Shown one piece after another: positions 51,633 to 64,000 of a stretch of DNA of 64,000 nucleotides. Source of the stretch: Chrysomallon squamiferum (lineage: Eukaryota > Animalia > Mollusca); assembly GCA_012295275.1 (NCBI GenBank), contig CM022677.1, positions 21,638,001 to 21,702,000 of the forward strand, given 5' to 3'. How positions within the stretch are numbered: position 1 is the first letter of the stretch; each line of letters starts with the position of its first letter. The notes beneath the pieces are model-generated. The model ran no database searches. It had not been told where the DNA came from and saw nothing but the letters and a program-made list of their open reading frames with translations. The translations under genes were made by a program, and so were the position numbers.

Positions 51633-52502
51633 TACTTTGTTTCACAAAATTAGCACTTAATAGGTAATCTTTAGGTCAACCCTTGTTACCAGAAGTTTTA
51701 TTCTATATTTATTGACAATATTTTGTTTTGTTTTATTAACAGTGTGAAATGAAACATTTCCAGAAAGCGCATATAAAACAAATTCTACCAGTCGAACTTG
51801 TCATCAATTTTGACGTAATCGAAACAACATCTCTCTATCTACATATTATTATTATTATTATTATTATTATTTCACTGACTTTAAAGAAGAACAAAATATA
51901 TATTATATAAAATACCATTTTTGTGCAGGCGTCCAGTTACTGGGCAAAAGAATTTACTGAATTGAAACTTGACAGAAATAATCTTCTTTTGTTACAATAA
52001 AATAAATAGTAGTTTATTTTTTTATATGACAAATGGTTACTTTTATATTTGGCTTTTTTAAAACAATATTACAGTACCCCATTTCATAGCACCTTTCCAA
52101 CCGAGACAATATGTATATATCATTCAAACTGCTGGGGTTCATCATAGACATGTATCACTACAAAATAACAGAAATAACTTAGTCTTTGTTTACATACTTA
52201 AAAAGAAATAATTTTAAAAATATATATATATTGAAACAAAAAAGTTGTATAAAGTTTTTAAAATATATATAGTATGTAGATAGATTCTAAGATAGAGAGG
52301 TAGAGGCTGTTTTGGTTACATCCAAGTTGATGACACGTTCCACAGGTTGAATTTGTTTTATATAAGCTTTCTGGGAATGTTTCATTTTATACAATTAATA
52401 AAACAAAACAAAATATTGTCAATAAAAATGGAATGAAACTTTTGGTAACAAGGGGCTGACCTAAAGATTACCTGTTAAGTGTTAATTTTGTAAAACAAAG
52501 TA
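51633..52502. mobile_element. MITE-like fold-back element with ~210-bp imperfect terminal inverted repeats
   Basis: 51633-51840 is the reverse complement of ~52289-52502 (TACTTTGTTTCACAAAATTAGCACTTAATAGGTAATCTTTAGGTCA... / ...TGACCTAAAGATTACCTGTTAAGTGTTAATTTTGTAAAACAAAGTA), with TA at both ends. Confidence 0.8.
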
Positions 52503-52928
52503 TACATGTGTGTGTGTTCCAAATTTGGAAACTCTAGCAAAAGTAGTGTTCATACAGCATATTCCCAAAAATGTTAGGACTGTACAAAAAAAACAAAAAA
52601 ATAAATAAATAAATAAATAAGGTTTTTAAACCATATTTCCATTTACTATAGGTAAAAGGTAATGTTATATATTATTATTATTATTATACAATAGTGTATA
52701 TACACTTTCTTTTTGCAAAAAAAATGGAAACATTTATCTGATTGATTAAATTTTTGATGTATATTTTCTAAACAGTCATGCGAAAAACTTTTTTTTTTTA
52801 ATTCAGTTTTTATCATTTTTCACCTAGCATGTCCCCTTGTGAAAGATGGTTATCAGTGTAAAATGTTCCTTGTTTTTAAAAGGCCTAATACTATAGTTAA
52901 ATTATTAGGGGGGAAAAAAATATATATA

Positions 52929-53210
52929 TTTATAGATAGTAATTATACTTACTGTATGAATTGGTTACCTTTATAGATAGTCAATATGCTTACTGTATGA
53001 AAATATCACATTTATAGATAGTAAATGTACTTACTGTATGAAAATATTTACATTTACAGATAGTAAATATACCTACTATATGAAAATAGTTAAATTTATA
53101 TATAGTAAATATGCTTACTGTGTGAAAATATCACATTTATAGATAGTAAATATACTTACTCCATGAAAAGTTACATTTTTATTATTGTAAATGTCCTTTC
53201 TCTATGAAAA
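52929..53210. repeat. ~40-41-bp minisatellite (TTTATAGATAGTAAATATACTTACTGTATGAAAATATCACA)n, ~7 units
   Basis: Directly visible degenerate tandem array. Confidence 0.85.
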
Positions 53211-53859
53211 CATGTGCGTTGATGTACACCTAGCAACATTTATGTTCATCAAAACTAGACATATCTGTATAACACTATAAAAAAAATGGTGATTTTGAAC
53301 TGGCATATGTTACCACCATGGTCGTGTCAAAAAGTATTTTGTAATACGTACTGCCATTTGAAAGTTTGTAATGTAAATGTTAATGATGCCAAAATAGTTT
53401 GTATTTAAACTTTGTCTGGAAAGAAACGGAAATGACTGTATAATACATTTATTTTTATTTATTATTTATTTTATTTTATTTATTTATTTATTTTTGCTTT
53501 TGTCATTGTAGTAGTAGTAGCAGTAGTAGTAAGAATATTAGTAGAGATACTAGTACTACAACTGGTAGTAGTAATAGCAATGAGAGTACTATTAGGATTA
53601 CTATTGTAGTAGTATTTGCTATTATTATTATTATTATTCATTTATTTGTTTATTTTATTTACCTTTTTTTATTATTATACTGTCTTTTTAATTTTCCCCA
53701 TATCTTTTTTGTTGTTGTTTCTGTTGTATGTGTCTTTTGCTTTCTTCAGATTCTTGATGACCAATGGGTAATAAAATTTCTTATGTAATAATGGAAAACC
53801 TAAGCAAACAATGCCTGCTATAATTTCTTCTTTATTACAAATTACCTTGCAGTGTTATA

Positions 53860-54668
53860 CCGCATATACTTGTGTACAAGTCGAATTTTTGGGAGACTAT
53901 ATTAAGGTAATATTTTGGGGGTCGACTTATACATAGGTAATGCTTTTGTAGCTGTTGCTGAAGAGTCGCCATTTTGACTATTTTTTGCTACAGGATGCAT
54001 CTAAAATAATCGCGGTCTTTCAGCTTTTCAAAAATATAATTTTATCGTATAAAAAAATTTGAAAAATTAAATAACAAAACCAAATATGAATGTAAAACAT
54101 GATATTCTTCCGTTTAATGACATAAAAATACATTTTAAAGCGAGAAAACTGTCACTACGGCGTTATGCCTTACGGCGTCTTGCAATGATCTAGGAATGCA
54201 GACTTCTCTGCCAAATTGCACTAAATATCGGTCCTAATTTCATAAACAAAACTCACTTGTGTAATTGTAAAGAATTTGGTGAAATAATATTGCAATCGTC
54301 ATTAATATCCACTACCGACAAATTTTGTAAATCATAGAACGGCTAAATATAACGGTAAGTTAGGTCTCCATGTTAGACCTATTATATTAAAGAGATACTG
54401 TTTTTGATACATTTAGGCTATAGCTTGTGTAATACATGCATTTACGTTATTATGGTATGTTCGTGCAAGTTACAGCTCGTGCAAGTTATGTTACAGTAGG
54501 CGTACAGTGTAGGCCTTCATGGCACTGTCACACTGGTCTAAAAATAGTGACGGTGCCTGGAATCTACAGTCGACTTATACACAAGTAATACCTTGAATGA
54601 TGCAATTTTTGGTCTTAAAATACACATCGACTTATACATAAGGTCGCCTTGTACACAAGTATATACGG
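53860..54668. mobile_element. Non-autonomous Tc1/mariner-pogo-type MITE with TA target-site duplication
   Basis: TA|CCGCATATACTTGTGTACAAGTCGA ... TCGCCTTGTACACAAGTATATACGG|TA, with internal sub-terminal TCGACTTATAC repeats at ~53922, 54570 and 54627. Confidence 0.85.
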
Positions 54669-55310
54669 TATATATATTTAAATGAATTGGGTTCACCCAA
54701 ATTTGATTGGATGATATCACTTTCTCTGGATCTGGAGGATTAGGAGTGGATTCCAAAGAAGATGATGAAGATGATTAATTTCTTGATGCTGAAAATGTTC
54801 AATTTCAGTTTTCAAAATGTTATAAATAAAAAAAAAAAAACACACACACACACACACAGATATATTATTTACAGAATAAAGGTTGACAAAATACAAATTA
54901 AAAAAATGATAATAAATAAAATAAAATAGAAATGTGTGAATGTTACAGTTAAAACAAACTATTTCAAAAAGTCAAAAAAAAAAAAAAAAAAAAAAATATA
55001 AAAAAAAAATATATTAATTTAGAAAGTCCAGTGAAAATGTATGTATTTGTGTTCATTTTTACTCTGGATGTATCAGTAATGTTAACAGTAAGTCAGTTTT
55101 TAAACAGAGTAAGTGAACTTCGTGATTTTTTTATACTACCCCTGCGGTCCTGCCAACACTGTCAACTACATCACCCACTGTCACAGATGGTTTAGCAATT
55201 ATATTTACCTGATGCTGCAGCTAGCTTTACACACCTTTTTTTCTTTTTTTCTCAATGTTTCCTGACTTCTCATAGATTTTGTAAATGTTTGGACGTTGAG
55301 TGTTGACAAA

Positions 55311-55398
55311 ATGGTGGAGTTTGGAGATAAAGTTGTAAAAGAAGGAATGCATGATGCCGTTTTCATTGTACCAGGAATTTGTGTTTCTGTGTTGTTTG
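55311..55398 (+). CDS. Small single-pass membrane protein, alternative coding exon b
   Basis: CAAAATGG Kozak context; MVEFGDKVVKEGMHDAVFIVPGICVSVLF + G|GTAAGT, 88 nt, phase 1; polypyrimidine tract and acceptor (ctcatag) end at 55275. Confidence 0.72.
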
Positions 55399-56040
55399 GT
55401 AAGTGTATTTAGTGGTTAACAGAAAAAGTTGTGTTTCTGTGTTGTTTGGTAAGAGTATTCAGTGGTTAACACAAAAAAAATATGTTTCTTTGTTGTTTGT
55501 TGGCTGATTAACATGTTGTTTGGTAAATGTGTTTAATGGTTAATAGATAAATTTGTGTTTTGTAAGTGTGTTTTTTGTTGTTGTTTAGTGGTTAACTCTA
55601 GAAATTTGTGTTTCTGTTTTCCTTGTTGTCTGATAAACATATAAATTGTGTTTGTTTATTATTTGGTAAGTGTGTTGGGTAACATATAATTTGTGTTTTC
55701 TGTGTTGTTTTGTTAGTGTCGTTAGTGGTTAACACATAATTTTGTGTTTTGTTTGTTCAGTTGTTAAATACATTTTTGTTTCTGTGGTTTTCTGTGATTA
55801 TGTTCAGTTGTTAACACATAATTTGTTTTGTGTTCATGGATTAGTGGTTAAAATTTATGTTTCATCTTATTTGTTCACTGATTAATATATAATTTGTGTT
55901 TCCATGTTGTTTATTAAGTGAGTTTAATGTTAACATGTAATTTGTGTTATGTTTGAAACATAAATTTGTATATTAAGTTAATTTGTGTTTATATGTTTAT
56001 TGTGAGAGTTTAATCTTAACACATGATTTGTGTTTTTGTT
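55378..56040. repeat. Degenerate ~45-50-bp tandem repeat derived from the exon b/intron junction
   Basis: TTTGTGTTTCTGTGTTGTTTGGTAAGTGTATTTAGTGGTTAACA reiterated with progressive decay. Confidence 0.75.
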
Positions 56041-57400
56041 TCATTAGATACTTTGACAAGAAACACCAGTTCATTGGTTCAGTGCCTAATACTGAAATCT
56101 TTGATGTGTTTACTAGTACTAATACATATTTTGTGTTTCCTTGTTAATGATAACAAGAAGTATCATGAAGGTATAATTATGAATGATCATATTTTGAAAT
56201 TTGTTAAAATTATTATTATTATTATGTCAAAAGAAAATAAAAAAGAAGAGAGATGAGATGATACTTTTACAGGTGAAAGGTGCAAAACTGAATATTCATT
56301 TACACATTTATTTGGTTAATCGATTTCAGAAGGTTGTGAAGTAACAGATCCCTTTCATTTTCTTAAAACTCATTACTGTTAACATCTTTCAGACAATTCT
56401 TTCATAGAACTAGAAGTTCAGTGAGCATGTGTGTCTGTGTATGTAATTATTACTATTATTTCATTTATTATATTCATTTTTTTTTTCCTGTGTCAGCACT
56501 CAGTGATAAGCTGATATATAATATGAAAAGTATTTTGTAAAAAGAAAAAAATAATTTTAAAACACTGAAAGAAATTATTACAAATTTAAAGAACAGTGAA
56601 ATGGAGTTAATCGTTGTTATTCAGGCTGGTGTTAGGGAGAATGCGTTTTCTTAACATCATAAACACTGAGGATATTTTAACCTTCCGAGATACCCAGAAA
56701 ACACTGCAGAAAAATAAACTATCACTGTTATATTTCATATATAATATATATATTGTGATAATGAATTATCTGTCAAATCATTGTTATCTAAGCATTGTTT
56801 AATCACTCACTGTTGTTATACTGCTATGTCATACAAACGAAATGATGAGTCGGGTAGGCAGGAACATTGTATACATACATGTACATCAAAAGGTCTCATA
56901 TAATATTAATTTAGTTTACAAACGTTAGTAATGTATATATATATGTATATATCTATATTTCTCTGTATGTTTATGTGTGCATGTGTATATCTGTATGTGT
57001 GGATAGATAGACAGATTGATGTATAGATAGATATACAAACATACGTGTACATACATACACAGACATTCATTCATTCACACATGCATACATACACACACAC
57101 ACACATTCACACACAAACGTACATCAATCTGTCTTTCTACCATATACATTTATTAATAACAACAACACATACTAATAAATACACATCGTGATGCGACATA
57201 CCACCGGCCTTGCTTGACCTACTTTACACGTTCTATATATAGCCAAATTAGTAATGACTTCATCAGCATAGGCCATGACAGCTGTTGTCGTAGCCAGCCA
57301 CGTGGGTTGGTCAGGGTTATCAACAACAACAGCATATGTTAGTGTTTGGGAGATTCTCACACCGTGAACGTTGTAACTGAAAAAAAAAAAAAAAAAAAAC

Positions 57401-57515
57401 ATGGCTTCAGAAAATATTTCACATCATCAGAAAAGTAGTGGAGAGGCCATTATGAGCAATTATTACAGTCTTGTTTTGTTGTTCATTTTTGCCAGTATCT
57501 CAGGAGCAGTTTTGG
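57401..57515 (+). CDS. Small single-pass membrane protein, alternative coding exon c
   Basis: AAACATGG Kozak context; MASENISHHQKSSGEAIMSNYYSLVLLFIFASISGAVL + G|GTAACT, 115 nt, phase 1, hydrophobic 3' end. Confidence 0.6.
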
Positions 57516-59428
57516 GTAACTTATGTTTTTAATATCTGTTATTTATTTATATATTTATTTATTTATTTATTTATTATTAGTAAGTAGCATTAGTAGTAAT
57601 AGTAGTAGTAGTTGTAATGGTTGAAGTTGTAGTATTAATTTTTATTATTAGTACTATTACTAGTACTACTGCTGCAACTACTGCTGTTGTTATTTTCACG
57701 TGTTATTATTATTATTATGAATCTTGTCCTGTATGTAACCACTTTGGGATTTATCATTCTTAATTAGTATTAATGAATATTATTTATTATTATAAATATG
57801 TTCTTTCTTTATTTCTTCTCATGGGTATCAATTTTTTATTACTATTTATTTTATTTATTTTTTAATCCTTCTTACATTATTATTTGTATTTTTTGGTATT
57901 TTTATTATTATTATTATTATTATGATTATCTTTCAAAATTTATCTTTTTAACAAAATAAACAGCTGGAACTGATAATTTTAGTTTTAAACTGAAATTCTT
58001 TTATTCAATTATTCATTTATATATGTGTGTGCTTATTGGACAGTACTTACATTAGTATTAATTACTGTCTGTTTTGATAATGTGTTTGTCATTTATGTGG
58101 AATGAATATATACATAAATACTTTTGTTTGTGTGTGTATGTGTGTGAGATGTTTCTCTTATTTTCATCCTTTCTTTTCTTTTTGTTCCTCTCTCCATCCA
58201 TTATTTATTTATTTATTTATCTTTTAATTAATGATACTAAAACAATAGTTGTCTGTTTCTGTTTATTTTGTTTTGGAAAAACTAAATGCTTCCTTGGCCA
58301 ATTATTTTATTTTATTTATTTATAAGTTCATTTATATATTTATTTATAAGACTGTATATATCAGAACACTTTATTTGTATTTATTGGTTTGCCAAATTCG
58401 TGTATAAATTATCATTTGTTTTTATTCGTATACACTTTAACATATTTGGTTCAGTTGAATAAACAGTGAGGGGTGACAGAAGTGGAACTGCCAATTTTAT
58501 GAAACAATTTATTAACTTTTTATTTTTATTTTTTCCTTTCCTTATTTATTATTTTCTTTCTTGTATGATAAACGAAATAATCAAGAATCGATTTTTAGAC
58601 ATTTTACAGCACGACTGGTAATCGTTTGTATTACGCTTTTCCGAATTTGCACACATAATAAATAATCCACGGGTACCAGTGTCGGCTTATAAATGGGGGG
58701 GCGGTGATGAGCGGGAAATTGCAACGTCTGCTAACGTAATCAGATTTGAATAAAAGCAAATCGGTATTTAAATATAGGTTTAGGTTTTAAATAATTCATG
58801 ATAATAGACCTAGCAGTAAATATGTATCACTTTCCGCATCTCATAAACATATTTATTTTTCTCCACGTGTCGGGGCAGAGGCAAGTAAGTAAAATGTATT
58901 ATTATTGTTAATTTTATTCGCATGAATTGATTAATTATAATGAGGAACGTGATAATGAGCATATATAAACCGCCGACAAGATTCTGCATTCCACTGTATT
59001 CTAGTAAGTCACTATGTTGTATGTATGAGTAATAAAAAAACATTTTTCATGATATTAATTAATATAACGACTGTTTAAGTAAGTATTTATAAACGTTAAA
59101 ATTTTTTTTTTTTTTAAAAGAATACGCTAACCTTATTTTTCCAAACTACACTGGAAAATTTGTATTACTATAATTATCTGTAAACTATGTTTAAACACTT
59201 TTTTTTAATAATTTATTTATTTATTGTTTTTATGACCTTTTGGTGCTTTTTATTTCATTTTTATTTAAAAAAAAAAAAATAATTTCTATATTTTTCTTCA
59301 TTTCTTTATTTTCTGATTTTTATTTAATTAATTTAAGTTTTTATTTTTATTTTATTTTTATCTCCTAAGTGTGTTTGATATGTTTTTATTATTATATTAT
59401 TGTTCTCTATGTTTTACTTTGAAATAAA

Positions 59429-59476
<48 letters not shown>

Positions 59477-60136
59477 GAAAAAAGAGTGATAATTTTTTCT
59501 TGCATTAGACTAAGTGTTAGCTAGGTGAAAGGAAATCCTGTCCACATTCAATGATTCAGAAAGTAACTTGAATCATTTCTTTACTGAAACAACCATAGCA
59601 TAAATATGTTGTCTTTTTTATATGCTGTTTTACTTATTTTTATTTGAAATTAGTGTCAAAAATATTTTTTCTTCTTTTTGTAAAATTAGTAATTATTTGA
59701 GAAGTGCAGTATTAATTTATGTAATTACAATTTATTGGTATTGTTGTAATTCTTTACAATACATGATAGTTTTGTGATGTTCTGCACTGTCTGGAATAAT
59801 AATAGTAATAAATAAACAAATAAGTAAATAAATCTGTCATGTTGTTAAAGTGTACCCATAGCTCATGATGTTGTCCTGCAGTCAAAAATATTTTCAGGCA
59901 AATTTGTGAAGATCTCTGATTTATGATAATGTATTATTAATATGACATTTATTATTTCTGTTGCTTTTATTATCTTTATCCATATCATTATATTATTATT
60001 AATATTTACTACTTTAATTATTATTGTTATTGTTGTCGTTATTATTTTTATCATCGATATCATTATTTTAGAAGATTGTGAAACTATTTTAGCTTTTTAC
60101 TTTTTCAAAACTGTATTTATATATTTTATTTTTCAG

Positions 60137-60258
60137 TTTTTTTCTCCTACAAACTAATAGCCAGTTTACGAGAAAAGGAGAGAGCAAGAGAAGATAAGAA
60201 GAAATTAAAGCAGCAGAGAAAAGAAAAAGAACTACAGAAGAAACAAAAAAAGAAATAA
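60137..60258 (+). CDS. Small single-pass membrane protein, common terminal coding exon (TM end + Lys/Glu-rich tail)
   Basis: Strong acceptor ttttatttttcag; phase-1 reading (L/V)FFSYKLIASLREKERAREDKKKLKQQRKEKELQKKQKKK*. Possible 3'UTR intron from GTAAGA at 60265 to ttttacag at 62388. Confidence 0.75.
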
Positions 60259-63200
60259 GAATGTGTAAGATTTGTTTTGTTTACAGCAGAGTGCATTTAA
60301 GCAGAAGTTTGAATTGTCTTTATTCAAGTGGAACTTAGTATTATTTTTAAGTCACTTTCACAAAAATCTCAAATACCTTTCTTGGTTTTTTCCTGGCAGT
60401 TTTGTATTTCCACCTTAAAGTACACTTGTGGTGATACGTATAAAAAGGATGAAATACATTTTGCAGCTTGTCAATGTAGTTTCAGCATACTGTATAGCTT
60501 AATCCTAGGATTGAAATTATTATCAGGCAAATAATTTTTAATTTAAGAAAAACAAATTGTTTTTATTTCTGTTTGTTTTATTTTTGGGGGGTCAGGGGTT
60601 GCCAGTTACTTATTATCAGACAGTTCTGTGATTAAGTAAAAAGTTTGGTTTGGAGAGGTACATGGTATAATTAGGTTTTATAGTTAGATAAATCTGTTAA
60701 GACTTGGGACTGCAGAATTTGTTTCATTTTAGGGTAATTCTATTTCGAGAAGTTGAATTTATATATTTCTTACACTTAATTATTAGTAATGGTTAGAAGT
60801 TTAATAGTAAGATGACAGGATTTAACTGAGAATGTACCCAGAGTAAATGAAATAAGGATTTAAAAAAACACAAACAAAATGTAACATTTTCTGTTACCAT
60901 CTAAAAGTATGAAATAATTTTTTTGTTTTTTTTTTTTTTTTTTTCTCACTTAGTGTAATACCACTGCACAAATAAAAATGTTTAAAAAAAAAAAAAAAGT
61001 AGAAAAGAAAGGAATATTCCAGTGTTGATCAGAAATTCAGAATATTGTCTATTCGGTCTTACTTTGTAGTTGTATGCTCATCTCGGTTTTTTGAACTTTA
61101 TTTCATGAGCAATACTTTATTATTTGTTCACTGTAGCACTAAGTATTATAGGACAAAACCTGATACATGAAATGAAATGTTCATTTAGCCAAAACAAAAA
61201 AAGGAAAAAGTGTCTGTGTGTATGTTATATATTACTTGCCACGCTGCATTTAGAAAACAGACAAGAAACAAAAGAATTATACTTATTCAGAAGAAAATAT
61301 TGATTTAAGCTGTTTTTGTGTTTAAAAAATAATAATAATTATAATAAAATTAAATGTATTAATCATTCATTGGTAATAAAGTAAACAAAATAAAGTGGAA
61401 GAACTATTAATCAATTTACAAAATGTCATTAAGCACATACTTCATAATGCAATAAGCACTTGTTAATAAAAAGTATTTCCAGGATAAGATTGAAATGGTC
61501 TGTTTTATGACTGTATGACACTGGACAAAATAATTAACTGTTATGACAGTGAAATTCTCTACCCATTCCATGACCTCGTGTTTCCAATTACTGCAAGAAA
61601 TCTTTTTTAAAACACCATCACTCAAACAGCAGTATTCGTATCATGGCCCTTTTGCACTAGTTGTGGAGTAGATGCTGGAACAAGAAATCGGTTGAATGGT
61701 CATATGAGTGGGATAATCCATCACACTTCGACCATGACCTCTGTCCCTGAGATAAATTCCAATTTTGATTATTAGGAAGTGCAGAAAGTGTATTCAGACT
61801 TTTTGTTCGTGTCACACCACCTGTTAAGATGTATTCATTAAAACAATCATAGAAAAGAATCAAATTTAATTAAAAAAAAAAAAAAGTGGTTTTAATAAAA
61901 AGATCTTGTTAACTTATTATCTGAAAAATTTAAGAAAGGTTTAGCTTAAATGCACTTTACTGTATTTATTTATTTATTTTTCTGTTTCTTTATTTCTTTT
62001 TAAAATATTTCTTTTCATTATTGTTATGAAAGTTAACTAGCACTATACGTTTAATATAAGAACGAAGTAAAACATTTAAATTTCTTATATTATAATCAAT
62101 TGTTTTCTAAAAATGTGTTTAAAGTATAACAGTTTAAATTATTATTATTATTATTATTATTATTATCATCATCATCATAACTTTTTTGACATACCGATGG
62201 ACTATAGAATTTTATTTATAATATAAAAATTGAATTTACACTATACTATATCATAATGACAACAGGAAATATGTGTTCAGTTTGTTAATGGTTGTGTTAT
62301 TCTTTACTGTTTATTCATGTTCATTTGTTTATTATGTTAATTATTGTTCTTGTTCTTGATTTTTAGTTTTAGTTTTTTTGTTTTACAGGAGACTTTAAAC
62401 AATTCATAAACAACACTGGCTCAAAATTGTGAAGTTAAAAACTTATTTTTTTTTATGAAAAAGAAGAAGAAGAAAGAAACCTGTTTGCTGTCATCTTTGA
62501 AAGAGGAGACAGCTGCTTCTTGGGATGATAACTGAATAACATTAGCAGGGAGGATATATGATAATATTCAAGGGGGGAAACGTAAAATTCATGGCAGGCA
62601 TCACCTAGTATTGAATAATGGTTGTGAATGTGGGAAACAATAACTGTAATGGAAGCAGAAATTGATGATTTGAAGGGGAGGTAACTTAATTGCAACGGGG
62701 AGACAACTGGGAGAGGACAATGTGCCTGTTTGACTATGTTGATAGTGTAAATGCCTATGTTGAAGGATTTTCATAACGAAGATTTTGAATAGATAAGCAT
62801 AAATCTTCTTTTCTTTTTTTTTTCTTAATAACTCATCAGAATATTTATTATGACATATTTATGGTGTGTCCATACATTTATTTATAAAAATGTTTCATAT
62901 ATAAAATGTATCAAGGGGTCAAAGTTTAGTGTGTATTAATTATGGTTTACAATGTTTCGTGTCGGATGAGGTTCAAATTTAGTTCAAAAAGTTGGTAAAC
63001 TGAACTTGGTTTCACATAACATAAATAAAATTAAAATAGTTTCTGTGTGAAGGGATCAATATTTGATACATTTAATAAACTGTTTATGGTTTAACAAAGA
63101 GAATACAATATTTATAATGTATATAAAAGGCTGGAATCAAAATTTAGTTTATATAGAATGCTGTTTTTGTAAATTGATGATCATTTGATAAATATATTTG

Positions 63201-64000
63201 TAATTTTTATAAAGGCATGTCTCAGTATTCTTTACATAGCTCTTTTAGTCAATGAATCGAGCATGTTATAAATATTAGAATATGTACTATATAATAATGA
63301 ATATCTAGATGAGTTTAAAAGTTATAATAAACAAGTTAGACATTCTTGTTAGACATAAATATTAGAATATCTGGAATTTTTCATATAGCCAAATATGAAA
63401 ATTCATTTTAGTATGTGAATCAGTATCTAGACTATTTCTGACTTCTTGTATATGGATGTGTGAGGATTGATTTAAAGTAAAATGTCACTTTAGTCAGTAA
63501 TTACTGGTTTCAGATTCATTTTGTGTAAAATAAGTCCTGGTTTGATGCCTAATATTTATAGTATATCAGTACTACATATGGATGGGTTTAAAAATTCTGT
63601 TATTAAATGATGTTTTCATTATAATAGATGTAAACAATAAAATACTTATATGAACCAAATCAAAATTAGGTAGTTAGATTCAGAGATGTAAACACCAGAA
63701 GATAGTAATATTTTATCAAAACATAACTTTCAGAACAAATATGTCATTTGTATAAAAGGCAATACAAATACCAGAAAATACCATGGCATGAAAATATAAT
63801 TCATGCATAAATACTTTATTTGTCAAAAATATGATTAAAAATACTATAATTTACCTTTGTATCATATAAGTATACCAAAATACAGCAAATGATAACAACA
63901 GTATCAATAACAGAAAACATCACAGTATGAAATACCAGAATAGAAAGCTGTATGAATTGTAACATACCAAAATTTCTTAATAAATAATAATGTGACCAGA

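Noticed and set aside
53750-53767. 18-nt micro-exon candidate (ttcttcag|ATTCTTGATGACCAATGG|gtaata) as a coding part of the microprotein
   Set aside because: It gives an in-frame stop after exon a; at most a UTR exon, and unsupported.

Overview
AT-rich, microsatellite-dense animal genomic DNA, plausibly a mollusc or other lophotrochozoan (inferred from the perlucin-like lectins, not proven). Bases 1-50,500 hold a tandem cluster of seven 4-exon secreted single-domain C-type lectin genes that I assembled by hand from GT-AG boundaries. Six are on the minus strand (A is cut by the window edge; B-F are complete) and one inverted copy (G) is on the plus strand. B-E carry the QPD motif and F/G carry EPN. 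B-C-D form a recent ~7.1-7.3 kb triplication whose junction fuses a Ginger/GIN-like integrase relic to a Tc1 relic. The cluster also contains orphan exon-2 pseudogene relics and minisatellites whose single-copy seeds are visible in paralogues. Bases 51,000-62,500 appear to hold a small-membrane-protein gene that the ORF track does not resolve: three alternative ATG-bearing exons (51350, 55311, 57401), all phase 1, can each splice in frame to one common exon (60137-60258) encoding the end of a TM helix and a Lys/Glu-rich tail (69/69/78 aa). Two MITE-like elements lie in its introns. All alignments and counts were done by eye; no searches were run.
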